Below, one piece after another: positions 24,804 through 26,565 of a stretch of DNA of 26,565 nt. Numbering within the stretch: position 1 is the stretch's first letter; each line of letters starts with the position of its first letter. Under the pieces are notes generated by a model. The model ran no database searches, was not told the origin of the DNA, and worked only from the letters and a program-made list of their open reading frames with translations. Both the position numbers and the translations under genes were made by a program. Source of the stretch: a virus (taxonomy: Duplodnaviria > Caudoviricetes); the IMG/VR virus record IMGVR_UViG_3300030376_001261, positions 1-26,565 of that record, one strand, 5' to 3'.

Positions 24804-25121
24804 CTACTTCTTCTTTTTAGCAGTTGATTTCTTTTTAGCTGGAGCTTTCTTTTTAGCTGGTGCTTTTTTCTTAGTTGGTTTTTTTCCACCAACATAAGCT
24901 TCATTAACATCAGGCGTAGAAGGATCATCAGCTACATAATGCCCTTTCGCATTCTTAGCCCTTTCTCCATTCATTTCCCCGCACTTACGTTCTGCATCTT
25001 CTAAATCAGGATCAGGACCAAAAATAGGTCGATAGATACCATCATCATCTGATCTTAGAACCATGTATTGAGCTGGGAACTCTCCAGTTTCAGAAATAAC
25101 ATACTTCTTAATTTTTGCCAT
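24804..25121 (-). CDS. protein with an ADDPSTPDVNEA motif and a histone-H1-like tail (105 aa)
   Basis: RAKNAKGHYVADDPSTPDVNEAY followed by KKKAPAKKKAPAKKKSTAKKKK; AGGAG RBS. Confidence 0.75.
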   Translation of the reverse strand: MAKIKKYVISETGEFPAQYMVLRSDDDGIYRPIFGPDPDLEDAERKCGEMNGERAKNAKGHYVADDPSTPDVNEAYVGGKKPTKKKAPAKKKAPAKKKSTAKKKK

Positions 25122-25138
25122 TATTATCTCCTAATAAA

Positions 25139-25543
25139 TTAAGAATATACTTTGTGCATTTCTAACACAATAGAATAAGTATCTCCTGAAGAGTGTCCTT
25201 TTGTAGTAAAAAGAATATCTCCAGTTTTACCGCTACCTGCATTATTTGTAATACCACTAAAATCTTTAAAGTCCATGTGTCCATTGCTGCTTTCAGCAAG
25301 TTCCATCAAAAGAACATTACTAGTAGCATCAAAAAACAATTGGACAGACATGCCGACAATAGCATGGCTCACCCGTAGCACTTTAACTTCAGAACACGAT
25401 TTGCCTTCTGAGTTAGATGCTAAAGCAGAAACATCTACTTTAGCTACTGCGGATTCGCCAGTGCCATCGCTGACATTGGTAAACTTCATAATACAATTTC
25501 TTTCACCATCTTGAATGGTTTGCGAAGTTACTGCATCAGCCAT
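25139..25543 (-). CDS. putative head-associated structural protein (134 aa)
   Basis: Beta-rich; second gene after the capsid gene; MADAVTSQTIQDG..KFTNVSDGTGESAV.KVDVSAL. Confidence 0.6.
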   Translation of the reverse strand: MADAVTSQTIQDGERNCIMKFTNVSDGTGESAVAKVDVSALASNSEGKSCSEVKVLRVSHAIVGMSVQLFFDATSNVLLMELAESSNGHMDFKDFSGITNNAGSGKTGDILFTTKGHSSGDTYSIVLEMHKVYS

Positions 25544-25554
25544 TAGTTACCCCC

Positions 25555-26112
25555 TTACTCAAATGGAGTAGCTAGAGTACCATCACCATGAAGCATAGCC
25601 TCACAATGCCATACTGCTGCTGAGGTTGCTACTAAACGAATTACTCCGCCTACAAGCCAACCCTGTGCTGCTGATCCTAGATCAATAGTATCATCATCAC
25701 TTGCATCAGGAATAAAAGTATTGGTATCGCCAGCAGTTGCTGGATCAAATATTTGAGCAAAACCTGAGAATAAATCACTGGCATTGTCTGTATTAATTTG
25801 TCCTGCACCAGTAAAAGTTGTTCCAACTATAAATGTATAGTTAAGACCTGCTGCTGCTGTAGGCAATGTTACAACAATTCCTGCTGCTCTATTTAAAGTG
25901 TAAACCTTTCCTGAGTCAGTTGACTCAACATCGTGTGTAGCACTTGTAATGCTTTCTATGTTTGAATAAGCAGAAACATAACCTGTTGTGGTTATATTAC
26001 CGCTAGAGTCAATATCTAAATTCGTTGTTACGGCTCCTGTGCCAGATGCGATGCTGATTTGTTCAAAACCATTCTCCGATCTAACTGGTCCGTTAAAAGT
26101 TGTGTTAGCCAT
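25555..26112 (-). CDS. putative head decoration / head fibre protein (185 aa)
   Basis: AGGAGG RBS; MANTTFNGPVRSENGF N-terminus and SGKVY..VTLPTAAAGLNYTF beta motif; directly after the capsid gene. Confidence 0.65.
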   Translation of the reverse strand: MANTTFNGPVRSENGFEQISIASGTGAVTTNLDIDSSGNITTTGYVSAYSNIESITSATHDVESTDSGKVYTLNRAAGIVVTLPTAAAGLNYTFIVGTTFTGAGQINTDNASDLFSGFAQIFDPATAGDTNTFIPDASDDDTIDLGSAAQGWLVGGVIRLVATSAAVWHCEAMLHGDGTLATPFE

Positions 26113-26134
26113 AATTTCCTCCTAAAGGAAAAAA

Positions 26135-26194
26135 ACCTATCGTCTTGGCAAGTCTGCTAGGGCAGTCGATAGATAAATTAAAAATATCCCTAGA
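26135..26194 (-). ncRNA. pseudoknotted RNA element downstream of the capsid gene, likely Mu-gpT-DE-type motif
   Basis: Minus strand: a CUAUCG/CGAUAG stem (26172-26167 with 26142-26137) encloses a CUG-CCCUAG-CAG hairpin. Its loop (26162-26157) is complementary to the upstream CUAGGG (26193-26188). Position ~40-100 nt after a Mu gpT-like gene. Confidence 0.6.
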
Positions 26195-26198
26195 TATG

Positions 26199-26228
26199 AA
26201 AAAAGGGAGACCCCGTAGAGCCTCCCTT
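26199..26228 (-). terminator. rho-independent terminator after the major capsid gene
   Basis: AAGGGAGGCUC-UACG-GGGUCUCCC-UUUUUU: GC-rich stem, cUACGg tetraloop, U6 tail, 7 nt after the stop. Confidence 0.85.
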
Positions 26229-26235
26229 AGTGTCC

Positions 26236-26565
26236 TTACGAACTACCTGGTGATCCGAAGATACCTAGTGGATCGGATACTCCAAAGGAATATCTTTCTC
26301 TAGCTTTGTATCTTACGTTACCAGTATCAAAGTCACCATCCATAGATGTAGTCATTGGCGCTCTGACAAAATGCTTCATGCCATCAGGAACATCAGTTGT
26401 GATAAAGAAAGCATTAGTATCAGTTAGATAATGATTAACTGAATAACCTTCTGGAATCACACCATTAGTTTTGATTGCATTGATGTCATTGTCAGCACTT
26501 CCGACTTTATAGTCACTTTGCAGAAGTCTTGTAGCAACAAACTGAAGATCAGTTGGTACTATAAG
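26236..26565 (-). CDS. major capsid protein, C-terminal 109 aa (Mu gpT-like, HK97 fold; 5' end outside the window)
   Basis: Frame open to the window edge: LIVPTDLQFVATRLL..ADNDINAI..VNHYLTDTNAFFITTDVPDGMKHF.R..DFDTGNVRYKARERYSFGVSDPLGIFGSPG; followed by a strong terminator. Confidence 0.85.
   Translation of the reverse strand, partial: LIVPTDLQFVATRLLQSDYKVGSADNDINAIKTNGVIPEGYSVNHYLTDTNAFFITTDVPDGMKHFVRAPMTTSMDGDFDTGNVRYKARERYSFGVSDPLGIFGSPGSS

Noticed and set aside
26236-26460. 74-aa ORF as a standalone gene
   Set aside because: The frame stays open to the window edge; it is the C-terminus of the major capsid protein.
1-26565. Assignment to a named phage group or host; alternative genetic code; tRNA or integrase genes
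   Set aside because: The gene order resembles uncultured marine podovirus-like phages, but naming a group needs a database search. Standard-code ORFs tile the strand fully, so there is no sign of recoding. No tRNA or integrase was seen.

Overview
AT-rich segment of a tailed dsDNA bacteriophage genome, probably a marine podovirus-like phage of a Gram-negative host. It is one continuous late/structural operon on the minus strand. Read from the right end, the order is: the 3' end of a Mu gpT-like major capsid gene; a terminator plus a pseudoknotted RNA element; head-associated proteins; six small Lys/Arg-rich proteins; two head-tail adaptor-like genes; a Maf/GT29-like transferase; tail structural genes; a YadA-repeat tail fibre with an S74 chaperone; and a 2OG-Fe(II) oxygenase. 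Next comes a ~6.2 kb envelope island (holin-like proteins, a lipoprotein, an SNase nuclease, a secreted three-gene cassette and spanins, but no recognisable endolysin). The operon ends with a P22 gp10-like nozzle and ejection-type internal virion proteins with a GNAT-like gene. The most notable observations are tandem TonB-box-like motifs in a putative ejection protein, the secreted Asn/Thr-repeat + NIDO-like/acidic + membrane coiled-coil cassette, and a recurring [MFY]xxGG motif across internal virion proteins. All product calls come from motif recognition and gene context; no database searches were run.
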